From the NCBI GenBank assembly GCA_024704765.1, contig JAKMXF010000365.1, positions 1 to 64,000 on the forward strand: DNA of 64,000 bases, read 5' to 3'. The DNA comes from Oopsacas minuta (lineage: Eukaryota > Animalia > Porifera). Below the pieces are notes generated by a model. It worked only from the letters and a program-made list of their open reading frames with translations, ran no database searches and had not been told where the DNA came from. Positions 47,342-59,919 of this stretch are shown here, one piece after another. Every line of letters begins with the position of its first letter. The first letter of the stretch is position 1. A program made the position numbers and the translations under genes.

Positions 47342-47863
47342 ATGGATGACTTTTATGTAAATTTAGAAAATGACTTTCAGAGTTATTTTCCTAATTCAAA
47401 CTTCTCAAACGGAGATCAAACAAATTTAACATTTCATTCCATCACTAATCAGCTGACATTTTCAGAACATTGTGTGACACAATACGAAACAGGTACAGAC
47501 TCTAAATGCTGTCTGAGCTCTCTGAAGCTCCGTCTAGCCCGCACAGGGACTACCTGCTCTCCCTACGTAGAGCTACTGTCTCTTCTCAACAACGAGGAGG
47601 ATCTCAGAATAATAGGGGCGAAATCTCTAAATGCTCTACTCAGACAGGTCTCCCTCTCCCAAAGAGAGGTGTCAGAAGTGAAACTACACAAACGGAGACT
47701 CCGGAAACGATTGGCTAAGCGAGGATGGGACAGCAAGACCCGGACCCTTGAGTTCTCAGATATGGAAGCTCTACGTTTATTGAGGGAAGAGAAGGAGAGC
47801 TTAGAGAGAGAGAGGAAGTTCCTTCTTAAGGAAATTCAGGAATTTGAAATCAAATTGAATTAG
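47342..47863 (+). CDS. Divergent Maf-like bZIP protein 2b (173 aa), inverted near-identical copy of 45160-45690
   Basis: Same protein except one N>K change and a 3-residue shorter C-terminus. TATATAAG at 47281-47288. Confidence 0.75.
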   Translation: MDDFYVNLENDFQSYFPNSNFSNGDQTNLTFHSITNQLTFSEHCVTQYETGTDSKCCLSSLKLRLARTGTTCSPYVELLSLLNNEEDLRIIGAKSLNALLRQVSLSQREVSEVKLHKRRLRKRLAKRGWDSKTRTLEFSDMEALRLLREEKESLERERKFLLKEIQEFEIKLN

Positions 47864-50169
47864 TAATTATTTGTTTTGCTTGTTAGCATCGCGGTCTCTG
47901 CCTTATTTTGCTAATGTATTTGCTTCAATATTTGCTATGTAAACATTAGATCCAATCTCAAAATATTTTCACGCTCTAATTATCGCCGGCTATTCAGAAG
48001 TCATTCAAACGACTTTGAGACTCGTGTCAAGAATTTGTGTAACATATTTCCTGAATAAGCTTTAAGGTATTTTCCCGCACTAATAGCGCTTATCCACTTG
48101 ACAACCCGAGTGAAGAAATATCAGCCATGGAATGTACTAATTAGCGGACATCACAGGACATAGCAAATTTACATTAAACTTGAATACTAAAACCCGCGAA
48201 AAATGTAAGGTTTTTCAAGTGTTAGCGCTACTTTAGCCTCAACACCGCCAAAGTTGTCAATTCTATATTCTCTAGAATGATGAGTGACTCTATGATTCGT
48301 TTTTGTAATCTGCTTACTCGTGACAAGCCTTGTTTTATGGATATTTGTGCTTGTAAGTGTGAATTATTGTGTGTCATATTATCTATTCTACCCGCTAAAT
48401 TTTTTAAATACTTTCTTGTTAATACTTCCATAAACGGAATTTTCCATAAATATCTGCTACATACATATACAGCTTGTATATTGGTATATTGGAATGTATA
48501 ACCAGCTGTAATGCAGATATATAGTCATAACATCTACCCGATAATCAGCTGAGAAAATTACTAAAATGTGTGAAACATTGAATCTAAGGAATTTGACTGA
48601 TGTATGACGTAAAACAGTGGCAGTAGTTAGTGATATCACCCAATGGTTTATCATAGTGGACCTTAAGGGGAGATTCCCCCTATACACAGTGACGGTTAAG
48701 TGTTAGGTAAAAGAAGTGGCCATTATAGACGGGTTTACCACTAGTAATGACCACAAATGGTTGCAGTGGCAGCGTTTGAATGTCCACTATACAGAGGTGC
48801 CTCTAGAATACTTTCTTTCTTAAAATTTTACTATCAAACAAAATTGGAAATTAAGTTTTCTAAAAGTTTTTACGAAAATCCTCTGACTGCCGATTATCCA
48901 GAGGAATATGATTAATAACTATTATTAACTTATGTATGCTTGATTGGATTATTCATATGATTAATTGATCTTTTGAGAATTGACTATTGCCGATGTAATT
49001 TCACTTTTCCTTAAATTCCGCAGTAATCATAGAAAATAATATAATTATTCTACCGCCATTGGCGCCACTTTTGATAATTAAATTGATTATCTTATACCTA
49101 TTGTGGATATTGGTTGCTATGGAAATTCCTGATGGAATTTTATTTCTGGAATATCTGTAACTTATATATTTAATTAGTTTGTTAGAATTATTATTCATAT
49201 ATACGTAGACCTGTAAATTCTGTTGATATAATCTAGTGAGGTGTTTATTAATTAATATGCATATAAAGCATTACGTAACTCATAGCCCGCTAGTCACAGG
49301 CTCGACAATATGGTGGTGTAGTGACGATAATAGTGGCAGCGGTTAAACCACAAGTTATAATATCAGTTTGAATGTAAAATTTTATTTGTTGTTGTTATTG
49401 ATATTTCCAGTTTATTTAGAAGAAATCTCTGCAAATAGAAAATGAAATATAACACATCACAAATACTGCTGACTTTTAGTTCAGATTCAAACTGGAACTA
49501 TAATTGTCATACCTTTATTTATACATTAAGATTGAAAGCTTAAATAATCTGTAATGAGCAAAGTAATTAGTTGATATTTTTCAATTTATATATTTCTATG
49601 AAATTCATATGAATAATTTTAACACCTATAAATTACGGAATATGCAACTCAATCTTTGGCATTTTTGCGTGTTAAAAATTCGTAGAAATATTTAATTTCC
49701 TTTGATTTGCTTAATTTTTGGTTTATTATTTGTTAATTATATTTTCCTATCTTTATAATGGTAATACATTTGTTGTATTATCGGAAGCATTAACCAGATG
49801 GCCGCAGATATTCTAGCTCTTTAATCGAAACTAATCCGAACTAAATTGCTTAGAAAGCACTTATATCAGTGAAAAACAACCGATATCATTATCTGATCCT
49901 CTTAACGGGACTATACTCTATCAGTTCTTGTGACAACCATAACCATACTGGCCACCATTTTATGCTCAAAGGTTGATGGAATTATCCGATATGATAAAGA
50001 AACAAACACTAAGGAATCTTTCAGTATATATATATATATATTGTAAACAAACAAGTAATGACACAAATAATCCTTGAATGTGTGTAGTAGTCTGTGGTGA
50101 ATTCCTTTGTAGCCTAAATAAAGTAAGGAATCAATTCTATGAATTATCTTCACAATGCAATAGTCAGTA

Positions 50170-50225
50170 CAGTAGATGCCGGTTATAAGAACATTATGTC
50201 CTGCTCTTAGAACCGGCATCCACTA
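50170..50225. mobile_element. Minimal MITE (21-bp TIRs + 14-bp spacer), same family as 44324-44460
   Basis: TA-CAGTAGATGCCGGTTATAAGA..TCTTAGAACCGGCATCCACTA-TA. Confidence 0.7.
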
Positions 50226-50280
50226 TACTATTCCAAATGTTGGTACTGTTAAAACCAGACCAACTTTACTGTCTCTTAGG

Positions 50281-50645
50281 TAGGGCATTAGGATTGTACG
50301 ATCATTGATCCCTCGATCACGATTGCGATACTTTTATGACGATCTGGCGATGATCGGCGATCATTGTGTTATTAAGGATCGTATGTAAGATCGCGATCCT
50401 ATTTTGCACAAAAATTTTCGATCATTTTGTATACTTTGAATGCTACTTTTATTAGCGTTTTATTACTTAAGTAATTTGTGTTGAACAATCAGTAATATTC
50501 GTTCGTAGAATGCGTTGATTCTCCACCTGTTTCTTTTGGCATTAGAAATGATGTAATTATCAAATATATGTCTTGAGTATTATACAAACAATCGGAAAAA
50601 TGATCGGGATCGGGATCTTGTTTAACACGATCGACTAACGCCTTA
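50281..50645. mobile_element. Non-autonomous hAT-type element with 8-bp TSD and CGATC-rich subtermini
   Basis: TIRs TAGGGCATTAG / CTAACGCCTTA (9/11). Flanks CTCTTAGG (50273-50280) and CTCCTAGG (50646-50653) match 7/8. Dense CGATC motifs at both ends. Confidence 0.7.
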
Positions 50646-51239
50646 CTCCTAGGTTGATACTTTGACCAGTGTTCCCTATCATACACTATATAACACCTCT
50701 AGCTTCAAATAATAAATTCTTTAATAGCCCACCGAGCTAGGCTGTTCCATTCGGACCCCCTGTCAAGAAATTTAACGTAGACCCCTTACCCAATAGTAGT
50801 CTTCATAGGGAGCCCACAGAGACCTTTGGTAAGAACCCATAGCCAATTGCACAAACGAAATTAGCATAGCCCCCGCTGAGATAAAATTCTCCCAATCTTC
50901 TCCAGCTACTAAAAGGTAAGGGAGTCGGTGTGGCATTCCACAATTCCGTCCATGGTCTGGACATATCTATTTGCCGATTCAATGAATTTTGCTTCCCTGG
51001 GAGTGTCTCAGAATATTTTCATAAATACTCGCAAAGAATTAATAATTATTCAAGTTTGAGAATTCATTCTCTTTGCTAAGATAATTTTAGTGATTTTCTC
51101 TAGAACTTTATTTGAATTTCTTTGCTGCTTTTAATTCACAGTTTTCAGGAAAATAAAATATTTTATTTACAAATAAATACGCATTTTAGCTAAACAGCTT
51201 GCTTGCTTGCTTAACATTACCGATAATAAATGTGTGTGT

Positions 51240-51530
51240 TTATGAAGCTGAATTATTCTGGAATCTGCTGTAAAGGCTAATCTCAGCTAGCAGTCTATCC
51301 CTCTCTTTCATGAGTTCAGACTTCTCAATCCTAAGATTCCTTACATCCCTCTCCAACCGGTTATCCACCTCTCTGAGTTTCTGATCGTATCTTTTCTTGT
51401 ACCCTCTCTGTTTAAGTCGTCTCCTCATAGTCTTAATCCTTGTCACCTCCCCTACTGATTCTCCTACCAGTCTCCTCTCCAAATCCTCTAGACTAGCCTC
51501 AACAATGAATTTATTACTTAATTCTGACAT
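51240..51530 (-). CDS. Divergent small Maf-like bZIP protein 3 (96 aa from ATG 51530)
   Basis: EASLEDLERRLVGESVGEVTRIKTMRRRLKQRGYKKRYDQK (Maf consensus RRTLKNRGY) plus zipper. TATATAAA at 51577-51584 on the minus strand. Confidence 0.8.
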   Translation of the reverse strand: MSELSNKFIVEASLEDLERRLVGESVGEVTRIKTMRRRLKQRGYKKRYDQKLREVDNRLERDVRNLRIEKSELMKERDRLLAEISLYSRFQNNSAS

Positions 51531-52464
51531 ATTTAAAATTAACCGTGTTTTAATGTTACTTCCTAGCAACCAACAGTTTATATAGTTATGTTAGAATTGC
51601 TGAACTATTCCCAAATATTATTATTTGCCCCCAAATAAATTCCAAAATTGGCGCGTATTTGATAAAATCATTAGAACCTAAATTCTGAATTTCTACGCGA
51701 ACCTGCTTAATCAGTGAATTTCAAATTTGATTTGTTTATCGTAGAATGATTTGTTTAATATATTAACACCTTTTGTTGTTTATTCCAAATTCTTTTATGA
51801 GGTAACTTAGCGTATAAATACGAGTTACTTGCATTTCAAATGAATGAATTACGTCACACAATAATAAACAAACATATAAAGCAATAAATAGCTCAAATAT
51901 TGAATTGTTTAACAAATAAACAACAAATAAACAAATAAACAAACAAACAAACAAACACACAAACACAACAGCTGAAGAATCAATTTGCTTCTCTCTGCTT
52001 AATATAAAGAAAAATCATAATTATTCAATTATTATTTGTTTTATTAAATATTTCCCAACGCTTACCTAGCAACGATAAAATATTCAAAATTTCCCTTCAA
52101 ATGATTTGATATTTTATTTCTGTATTTATACCTCTGATAATAATTATACAATATTCATGTTAGTAATTATTCACACCTTGCGCCACTTGTGACCACAAAG
52201 GACACAATTTGCCTCTAGCATGTCTTATGGTATTGTGACACTTTCCTTGGTGATATTAATGATGAATTGGAATGTATTCTGTTTTCTAGAAGTATTTATT
52301 TAGGAAAATATGACTTTTGACATATTCGAATAAGGGTGTTACAATATATACCTTATTTGATATATATGAGTTTACTGTCTGTATGACTTCTGGGGTCAGC
52401 TGTTCTCAACCTAATAAGGTGTTAACATATGTCTATATTCATTAGCTAATAGCTAGAATATAGA

Positions 52465-55400
52465 ATGGCAGAAGGTCTCTACAGACTAGGAGACTATGTA
52501 TACATGGAGAGTACGGCTCCTCCGCAACCCTATCAGATATGTAGAGTGGAAGAACTCAAGAAGAACACGAAGGGGTCTGTTGAAGTTTATGTAAAGTGCT
52601 TCTTCAGACGTAAGGACCTCCCCCAATCCCTGGTCCAACTAGCTGACAGACACGCTAATCAGCTGGAGGAGGATCATATATGTGAATTGCAGGAAGAGAG
52701 GGAGAGATTGAGGACTAGTAATCCATTGGCTGCTGAACAAGGTTAGTTCCAATTGTAACTAAGGGGTTGACACATATTTCATTAATTTGTTATTCTACTT
52801 ATAGCTAATAATTGGATACTACATATAATTAATAATTAACACCTTCTGTTACCATATATGGTCATTGTTGTATAGTTATATTAGAATTGTTGACTTATCT
52901 GTAACTAATAAACAACTTTAGGTATTTAATTGTGTGTTCTATTAATAGCTATACTTAGTTCCAGTTTCATATTGTGTTACGTAGCACAATGGATATCCAT
53001 CTTAGTTCTTATAAAAGCATTCAGAATATGTATATACCACTGAATACGGACATTATACCTATACAGACACACAGACACACAGACAGATACACAGACATAC
53101 AGACACACAGACAGATACACAGACATACAGACACACAGACACACAGACAGATACACAGACATACAGACACACAGACACACAGACAGATACACAGACATAC
53201 AGACAGACAGATACACAGACATACAGACACACAGACACACAGACAGATACACAGACATACAGACACACAGACACACAGACACACAGACAGATACACAGAC
53301 ATACACATACACAGATACACAGACAGATACACGGACATACAGACATACAGACACACAGACAGATACACAGACATACAGACATACAGACACACAGACAGAT
53401 ACACAGACATACACATACACAGATACACAGACAGATACACGGACAAGTACAAAAACTAACTCACAAACAACAAACAAATAAGCTAACAAACAAACTGATC
53501 TTTGATCATCTAGTTAACAACATATGAATAATTCAACATTTCTACTTTATTGAGTTTACTCACACAACAATAACAACACGCTAAGCGCTGCAAACAAGTA
53601 TTATAGTAAATACAAACAAACAAATAACAACAACAACAACAACAACAGGAAGCTAATGCATTAGATTATACATGTACTATGTACTATGTGTGAGTAAACA
53701 GGAGGGGACCATGGATATTCTATCAATTGTTACTGAGCTCATTACAGAAGTTATCAAGATCTGTTTGTGTGAATCTATCACCTTTACTGCAATCTCTTCC
53801 CATCACGTAACACATCTCACAGAGATTTCTTTGATGTCTGCCATTATCTGCCACTTCACACCTTCTACCCGGAACAAGTCTTGTTGGGAGAACAGCTGAT
53901 GAACATCTACTGCATTTTTGTTTTTTGTTTTGGTAGGAATTAGCGCTATTCCATTTTCTGCCACATGGACAACAAAAGTAACCAGTCATCTTATGGTCCC
54001 CTGGGTCCAGGTCTATATCAAGAGATATCAGAATGGGAGTGCATATGTCTCCTTCACAGTTCCTTATAGTCTCCATCTCAGTCCTACTTCCAAATATTTC
54101 GTAGCATATTGTTTTGCAGATTGGACAGGTGTTTGACTCCTCAAACCATTTGCTAATACAGCAGTAGCAAAATGAATGAATGCATGCTAGAATTCCAATC
54201 CTCCCATTTGGTTTCTCCTGACAGATGGCGCAAAGATCTGTGTCAATATTTTCGCGGGTAGGACTGCATTCAATAAACCCGGTGTCAGCACAATTGTGGC
54301 ATAAATTGTCCTTGTTGGTGGCTGAAGTGGCGTGACAATATTCACATGTTTGATGTGTCGCCATCAGTTTGTAAATGTTTAAGAATGTGTGCATGAGTTT
54401 CCCACTTTTCTATTTATGAGATTTTCCTTTGTGATTTTGTTCTATTTGTGTTTTTATGAATAATATTTCTGACATAATCTGTTCTAATTATAGACTGTTT
54501 ATTTGGGATTTGCTTTATAATATTTACTAAATACACCGCAGACAACTTTATTGGGGAAACTATTTTTAGCGAAAATTATGTTGAATTTTCCAAAAATTCA
54601 AAAAGTAATTTACCCTCTAATTTGGAACTAATTATAGTGTTAGTTCCAATATAGAATATTATCCCTCGGCGGGAGATTAAGTCTCAATCTTGGATGTGTT
54701 TTCCCATAACTTGTTAACACCACAAACAAACAAACAAATATACATGTATATTACTCGTCAATAATATTGAAATAATTGTTTGCAATAGTAAATTTATGGA
54801 ATATTAGCAAGGTATTACTTACACCATTAGGGGTCTACTTATCACCCTATCTCCCTCTCCTATAGATACAGAGAGTCTTGAGGGTATATGGTCCGGTATA
54901 ACCGAGGTGGCGCGTCACCAGCTGAAGCACAGAGAGCTATTCCTGTCCAGACAGATAGAAACATTTCGTATCGATGCTGTGAGGGGTAAATGCACTGTAA
55001 CGGTACTTAATGAATTAGAAAGTCTATTGTCTTATCTGAAAGATGAAGACAAATTCTATTATTCTATGGTTTATGATCCTAACCAGAAAACACTTATGGT
55101 TGATAAAGGTCTGTATGATTAATCATATTTTCACACCTTTGGTCAATTCCACCTTGCGTATAATTCGAATTTGAATCTTACAAATGTCTGACACGATTAT
55201 TTGCAAACAATTTGAATGTTGTTATTATTATTATTTTGATTTACAGGAGAGATGCGTATCGGTTTCAGATACCAAGCAGAGATCCCTCCTCTCCTCACAG
55301 ACCCTCTAACAGAGGATCACAGAGAGGTGTTAGATCTAGAAACACCTGTCTGGGTCCCCTCCAAGATCCCAGACGAAGACATCGAAAAGTTTCTAATAAT

Positions 55401-57022
55401 AGCACGATCTGTTGGTACATTTGCTCGGGCTCTTGTAGATGATAGTAACAATATTAACCGTATGCCTCTACGTCTGGGGGCAGCTACTGCCTCCAGAGAC
55501 ATAACTCTATTCCATGCTCTTGACACCTTACATGCTGCTAATTACGATCTAGCTGCTGGCATATCTGGATTTGTTATTAATGGTAGACCTATTGTATGTT
55601 GTGATGAGTTGGAGGCTTGGACAGCTGAGGAGGCTAATTTGTTCCAACAAGGTGAGTTATATTTGTATCAATGGGACCATATCTACCCCATGTGACTATA
55701 TTATATAACACCTTCCTTGTAAAAGGCGTCTCCAATGGAAGGATTTTTTCAATTCCCGTTATATCTAAGCTGGAGGGATCGTGATAATTTCGACATTACT
55801 TTGACCATATATGTACAATTTTCACACTTCAATATAAGCCGGTATTTCAAGGTAACCGTGTTAGATATAACGGGACTTGACTGTAATTCTTTGAGTCCTT
55901 ATGGTATCCATGGTTACAGGTCTGCTAGAACAGAAAGATTTCCTTTACATTCAACGGAAATTCTTTCCAAAGAAATCTCTCAAATCTGTAATTTCCTATT
56001 ATTATTTATGGAAAACTACACAACAATACCAAATACAGAGGAAGCTTAAACTACAAGATAAACAGAACGATTTGAAAGAGGTCATTGTACATCTGATCCG
56101 ATCAGCTGGTCCCTCTCAAAACCCCACGAATTTATTAGGTCTAGCGCCACCAAGTGGAGAGCTACCACAAACTGTGCCACATGACACCTTGATTAAGGCG
56201 GCAGATGGTGGTAAATCCTGTGAGAGCTGTTATGCTACCACTAGTAATAAATGGCATATCTGGGGAGACCCTACTCGTGGGTGTCGGATATGTAACCACT
56301 GTATGATCTACTGGCGTAAATATGGGGGCCTGAAGCTACCCACTATATGGGAGCATCACGAGAAACATCCCGAACAGGTATACACGTGTAATCAGTGTAA
56401 AAAACAATTTAATAGACAGGAGAGGTTAACAAACCATTTAAGGCAACACCAACCACATAGATGTCACATGCCTAATTGTGAGAAAACATTCAAAAGTAAA
56501 TCGACACTACGTCGACACATTTCAGGACAACATCAGAACCAGCCTGGCTCCAGCATGCAACAGTTAATGCCTCCTACCAGCTTTCTAATGAATGCTACTT
56601 CATTGTCATTATTTGTACGTAAACAAGTAGCACGTGTTGATATAATACGCTTAGCTAGACACCCATTCCGTTCCTACCCGAAGGAGCCCTTCGATATTCC
56701 AGAGGACTCAGAGTTCAAGCTACGAGCCCGCCGCCTGGGTCTTAAGTATACCAATTCCCGTGCGATAGCTGATGTGGTCGATCAGCTGATTGAGTCACAG
56801 CTCCACCCGACTAGTCCCATAATACGCACCCTCTTAAAAGGTACCCTACTCTCCCCAAAGTCTATCCCACTCATGTCTGACCATTTGTCCCCTCAAATCC
56901 TCCTGTCCTCTTCTAGTTCCAAGAGACTCAGACCTCAGTCAAATGACACTCCGGCGCCTAAACAAATATGTTCAGAAGATAGTCCGACCAATCAGATTGT
57001 ACCCTCACACTTCGCTAATTAG
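52465..57022 (+). CDS. MTA1: Metastasis-associated protein (MTA1/2/3 family; BAH-ELM2-SANT-GATA, plus two C2H2 fingers), multi-exon
   Basis: [37 protein letters not shown]; ELM2 [24 protein letters not shown]; [24 protein letters not shown]; [23 protein letters not shown]; R1-like RLARHPF. Symbol given at family level. Confidence 0.92.
53061..53445. repeat. Complex (ACAG/ACAC/ATAC) microsatellite in MTA intron 1
   Basis: Direct inspection. It explains the four low-complexity ORFs at 52974-53489. Confidence 0.95.
53723..54364 (-). CDS. Intronless RING-HC (C3HC4) + ZCCHC24-type zf-3CxxC protein nested antisense in MTA intron 1
   Basis: [32 protein letters not shown]; then [36 protein letters not shown], resembling the ZCCHC24 C-terminal domain. 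Likely start MATHQ at 54364 (upstream in-frame ATG at 54394). Confidence 0.8.
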   Translation of the reverse strand: MATHQTCEYCHATSATNKDNLCHNCADTGFIECSPTRENIDTDLCAICQEKPNGRIGILACIHSFCYCCISKWFEESNTCPICKTICYEIFGSRTEMETIRNCEGDICTPILISLDIDLDPGDHKMTGYFCCPCGRKWNSANSYQNKKQKCSRCSSAVLPTRLVPGRRCEVADNGRHQRNLCEMCYVMGRDCSKGDRFTQTDLDNFCNELSNN

Positions 57023-57190
57023 GCTAATTAGTGTATTGACTTAGTAGATGTATTCTGCATTCCAATTCTCCCTTACTGTCACTAGGTTAAGTAAGGGTAT
57101 AATTATGCTTTAATTGTTTAATAATTATTTTAATTACTTCCGGTAGAAATTTCAAATTTCTTAGGATCTATTATTTTGCAAATTTATTGA

Positions 57191-57292
<102 letters not shown>

Positions 57293-58012
57293 AAGTTTAT
57301 AATTTATTACAATACTTATTTATTTAACAATTCCATAAATAGAAATATTTCAGAATGCATTTGGTTGTTAAGGTATCGCCAGTAACTAAGGATGCACCGT
57401 ATGAGGACTAGACACCCCAGGAGATCACCATCTAATAGGTGTCACAATAATGTGGCACGAGAAGAGCCACTTTAAAATATAGCGACACAATTATCAGAAG
57501 AAGGAAACAAAGTTTTGGAATCAGCAATATACACAATATTCCCACTTGAGAACTACCTAGCAACCAGCAGTACACTTTGGAATTCATATATCCTGTCAAT
57601 TTGTCGAATAATATACAAATACGTGAAATAACCCTAATTACGTGTATGATTAATCTTCACACCTTTCAAGACAATATTAATATACAATCACCTTTTTATT
57701 TCGGTCTTAAGGTCTCATGGTTTCTCTTGACAGCACCCTCGTATATATATTTATTTTAATTAATTAACACTTCAACATGTAAAGCTATTTACTATATTTC
57801 AAAGTGAAACTAAAACATAGCTTCTAAATCATGTATTCTGCCTACGTAGCAATAGTTATGAAGTTTAATATGAAAATAAAGAATAGAAATTTAATATTTG
57901 GAATTACTAATTTCAAATTGAAACAAATAATTAATTTTTGAATTCTATCTTTTCTCAGAAATGAGATTACATTTTGCCTAATTTTATAATTTGTTAAAAT
58001 TCGTATTACCAA

Positions 58013-58688
58013 GCTTACGCTGTATCTTACGCCGTATCTTAAGCCGTATCTTACGCTGTATCTTAAGCCGTATCTTACGCCGTATCTTAAGCCGTATCTT
58101 ACGCCGTATCTTAAGCCGTATCTTACGCTGTATCTTAAGCCGTATCTTACGCCGTATCTTAAGCCGTATCTTACGCCGTATCTTAAGCCGTATCTTACGC
58201 TGTATCTTACGCTGTATCTTACGCTGTATCTTAAGCCGTATCTTACGCTGTATCTTACGCTGTATCTTACGCTGTATCTTAAGCCGTATCTTACGCTGTA
58301 TCTTACGCTGTATCTTAAGCCGTATCTTAAGCCGTATCTTACGCTGTATCTTACGCTGTATCTTAAGCCGTATCTTAAGCCGTATCTTACGCTGTATCTT
58401 AAGCCGTATCTTACGCTGTATCTTACGCTGTATCTTAAGCCGTATCTTACGCTGTAGCTTACGCTGTAGCTTACGCTGTATCTTAAGCCGTATCTTACGC
58501 TGTAGCTTACGCTGTAGCTTACGCTGTATCTTAAGCCGTAGCTTACGCTGTAGCTTACGCTGTAGCTTACGCCGTATCTTACGCTGTATCTTACGCTGTA
58601 GCTTACGCTGTATCTTAAGCCGTATCTTACGCTGTAGCTTACGCCGTATCTTACGCTGTATCTTATGCTGTAGCTTACGCTGTATCTT
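58013..58688. repeat. 12-bp tandem satellite (GTATCTTACGCT / GTATCTTAAGCC / GTAGCTTACGCT variants), ~56 units
   Basis: 12-bp period. It explains ORFs 57984-58697 and 57991-58728. Confidence 0.95.
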
Positions 58689-59508
58689 TCGAATCAAGCA
58701 GACATCAATTCATTATTTTATTAATTAAACTACAAATTTTGCTAATATTTTTCTAAGAATTTACTAAAAACAAATAATCATAAATACATACATATATTGT
58801 GTAATATCGCATAATAATTATTAATAACTGTTATCACCTTACATTTATTATATAGCACTGGAATTGGGTCATTGCTATTACAGAAATATGCTGATAATAA
58901 TCTTGTATTCACAGATAAAAAATACAAATTCCTTACTGTCTTTTTTACAAGAATTTACTACTGAGATATTTGTATATTACTGGTGATTGGTTTTTATAAT
59001 CTAGATTAATCTCACCAGGTTAATTAGAGGTGTTAGTTTCAATATGTACATATATTAATTATTAATGTATTTGGGGAGTATACATTAGGTATCCAGCAGA
59101 TTATCCTACCCAATCAGATTTAAGAGTATATCCGCAGCTGTTATTCTATTTGTGCATTCGTATGCCTATCTGAGACTGTAATATCATTGGTCTAATGGAC
59201 TCCATTGGAAAGGTCCTTGCATAGAATATGTGTCCTCCTTATATGTGGTCCAATTGGCATGAAATTGGTCACATGGGTGTATATACATGTACCTTTTCAC
59301 ACCTCTGGATATAATAATATATTCACTAATATAACTTCTTAGCAATCGGTCTGTAACCTGTATTTTAATTGCAAAATTATGCGAAATAAACTATACTAGA
59401 AATTTCTGTAAATTCAGCTCGCTATTAACCGCTATTAGCTGCTGTTATCCGCTATTAGCCGCTATTATCTGCTATTAGCCGCTTAGAATATATTACATCA
59501 ATTATTTA

Positions 59509-59919
59509 TCAAACTTGCTGGAGAGAATCTTTATAGAACTTTAATTCAGCTTGTAGCTGTCGTTTCATTTTCACTAGTTCCTCTTTCTCCTCGTTAAGAT
59601 CCGCTAGCCTCTGTTCCAGATCCTGGAATGCTCTTCTCCCTCTTTTATCGTACTTCTGTTTAAAATGTGATTTCTGTAATCTACGTCTCTGTATCCTTAA
59701 CAGCTCTACCTCCTCGCTAGTAGCAGTAGTCCTGTTTAATAATTCATAGAATTCTGTTAATTTTAGACTACGGATAGCTTCTTCTTGTAAGTAAGGGAAG
59801 GAGGGTAGCAGAATATTATTGTTCTGATTTGTATCTACACTCCTGGGGAGGTATATATCTAGACCTCTTAAATCTGAGAACTCTAATAACTCGTCTGTTA
59901 TTTCTATTTCTCTTTGCAT
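59509..59919 (-). CDS. Divergent Maf-like bZIP protein 4 (136 aa, intronless)
   Basis: EEAIRSLKLTEFYELLNRTTATSEEVELLRIQRRRLQKSHFKQKYDKR plus zipper. TATATAAA ~35-40 bp upstream; a 10-bp GCTATTA.CC tandem repeat lies just 3' (59421-59483). Confidence 0.75.
   Translation of the reverse strand: MQREIEITDELLEFSDLRGLDIYLPRSVDTNQNNNILLPSFPYLQEEAIRSLKLTEFYELLNRTTATSEEVELLRIQRRRLQKSHFKQKYDKRGRRAFQDLEQRLADLNEEKEELVKMKRQLQAELKFYKDSLQQV

Noticed and set aside
48228-48431. 67-aa ORF as a seventh bZIP
   Set aside because: Zipper-like heptads only, with no basic or extended-homology region.
50730-51030. GC-richer stretch as a coding relic
   Set aside because: Only short open frames with no recognisable motifs.
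52974-53489. Four overlapping long ORFs (HTDRYTD / VCLCVCMS repeats)
   Set aside because: They are translations of an intronic microsatellite.
57984-58728. 237-aa and 245-aa ORFs as genes
   Set aside because: They are entirely satellite-derived; kept only as a low-interest observation.
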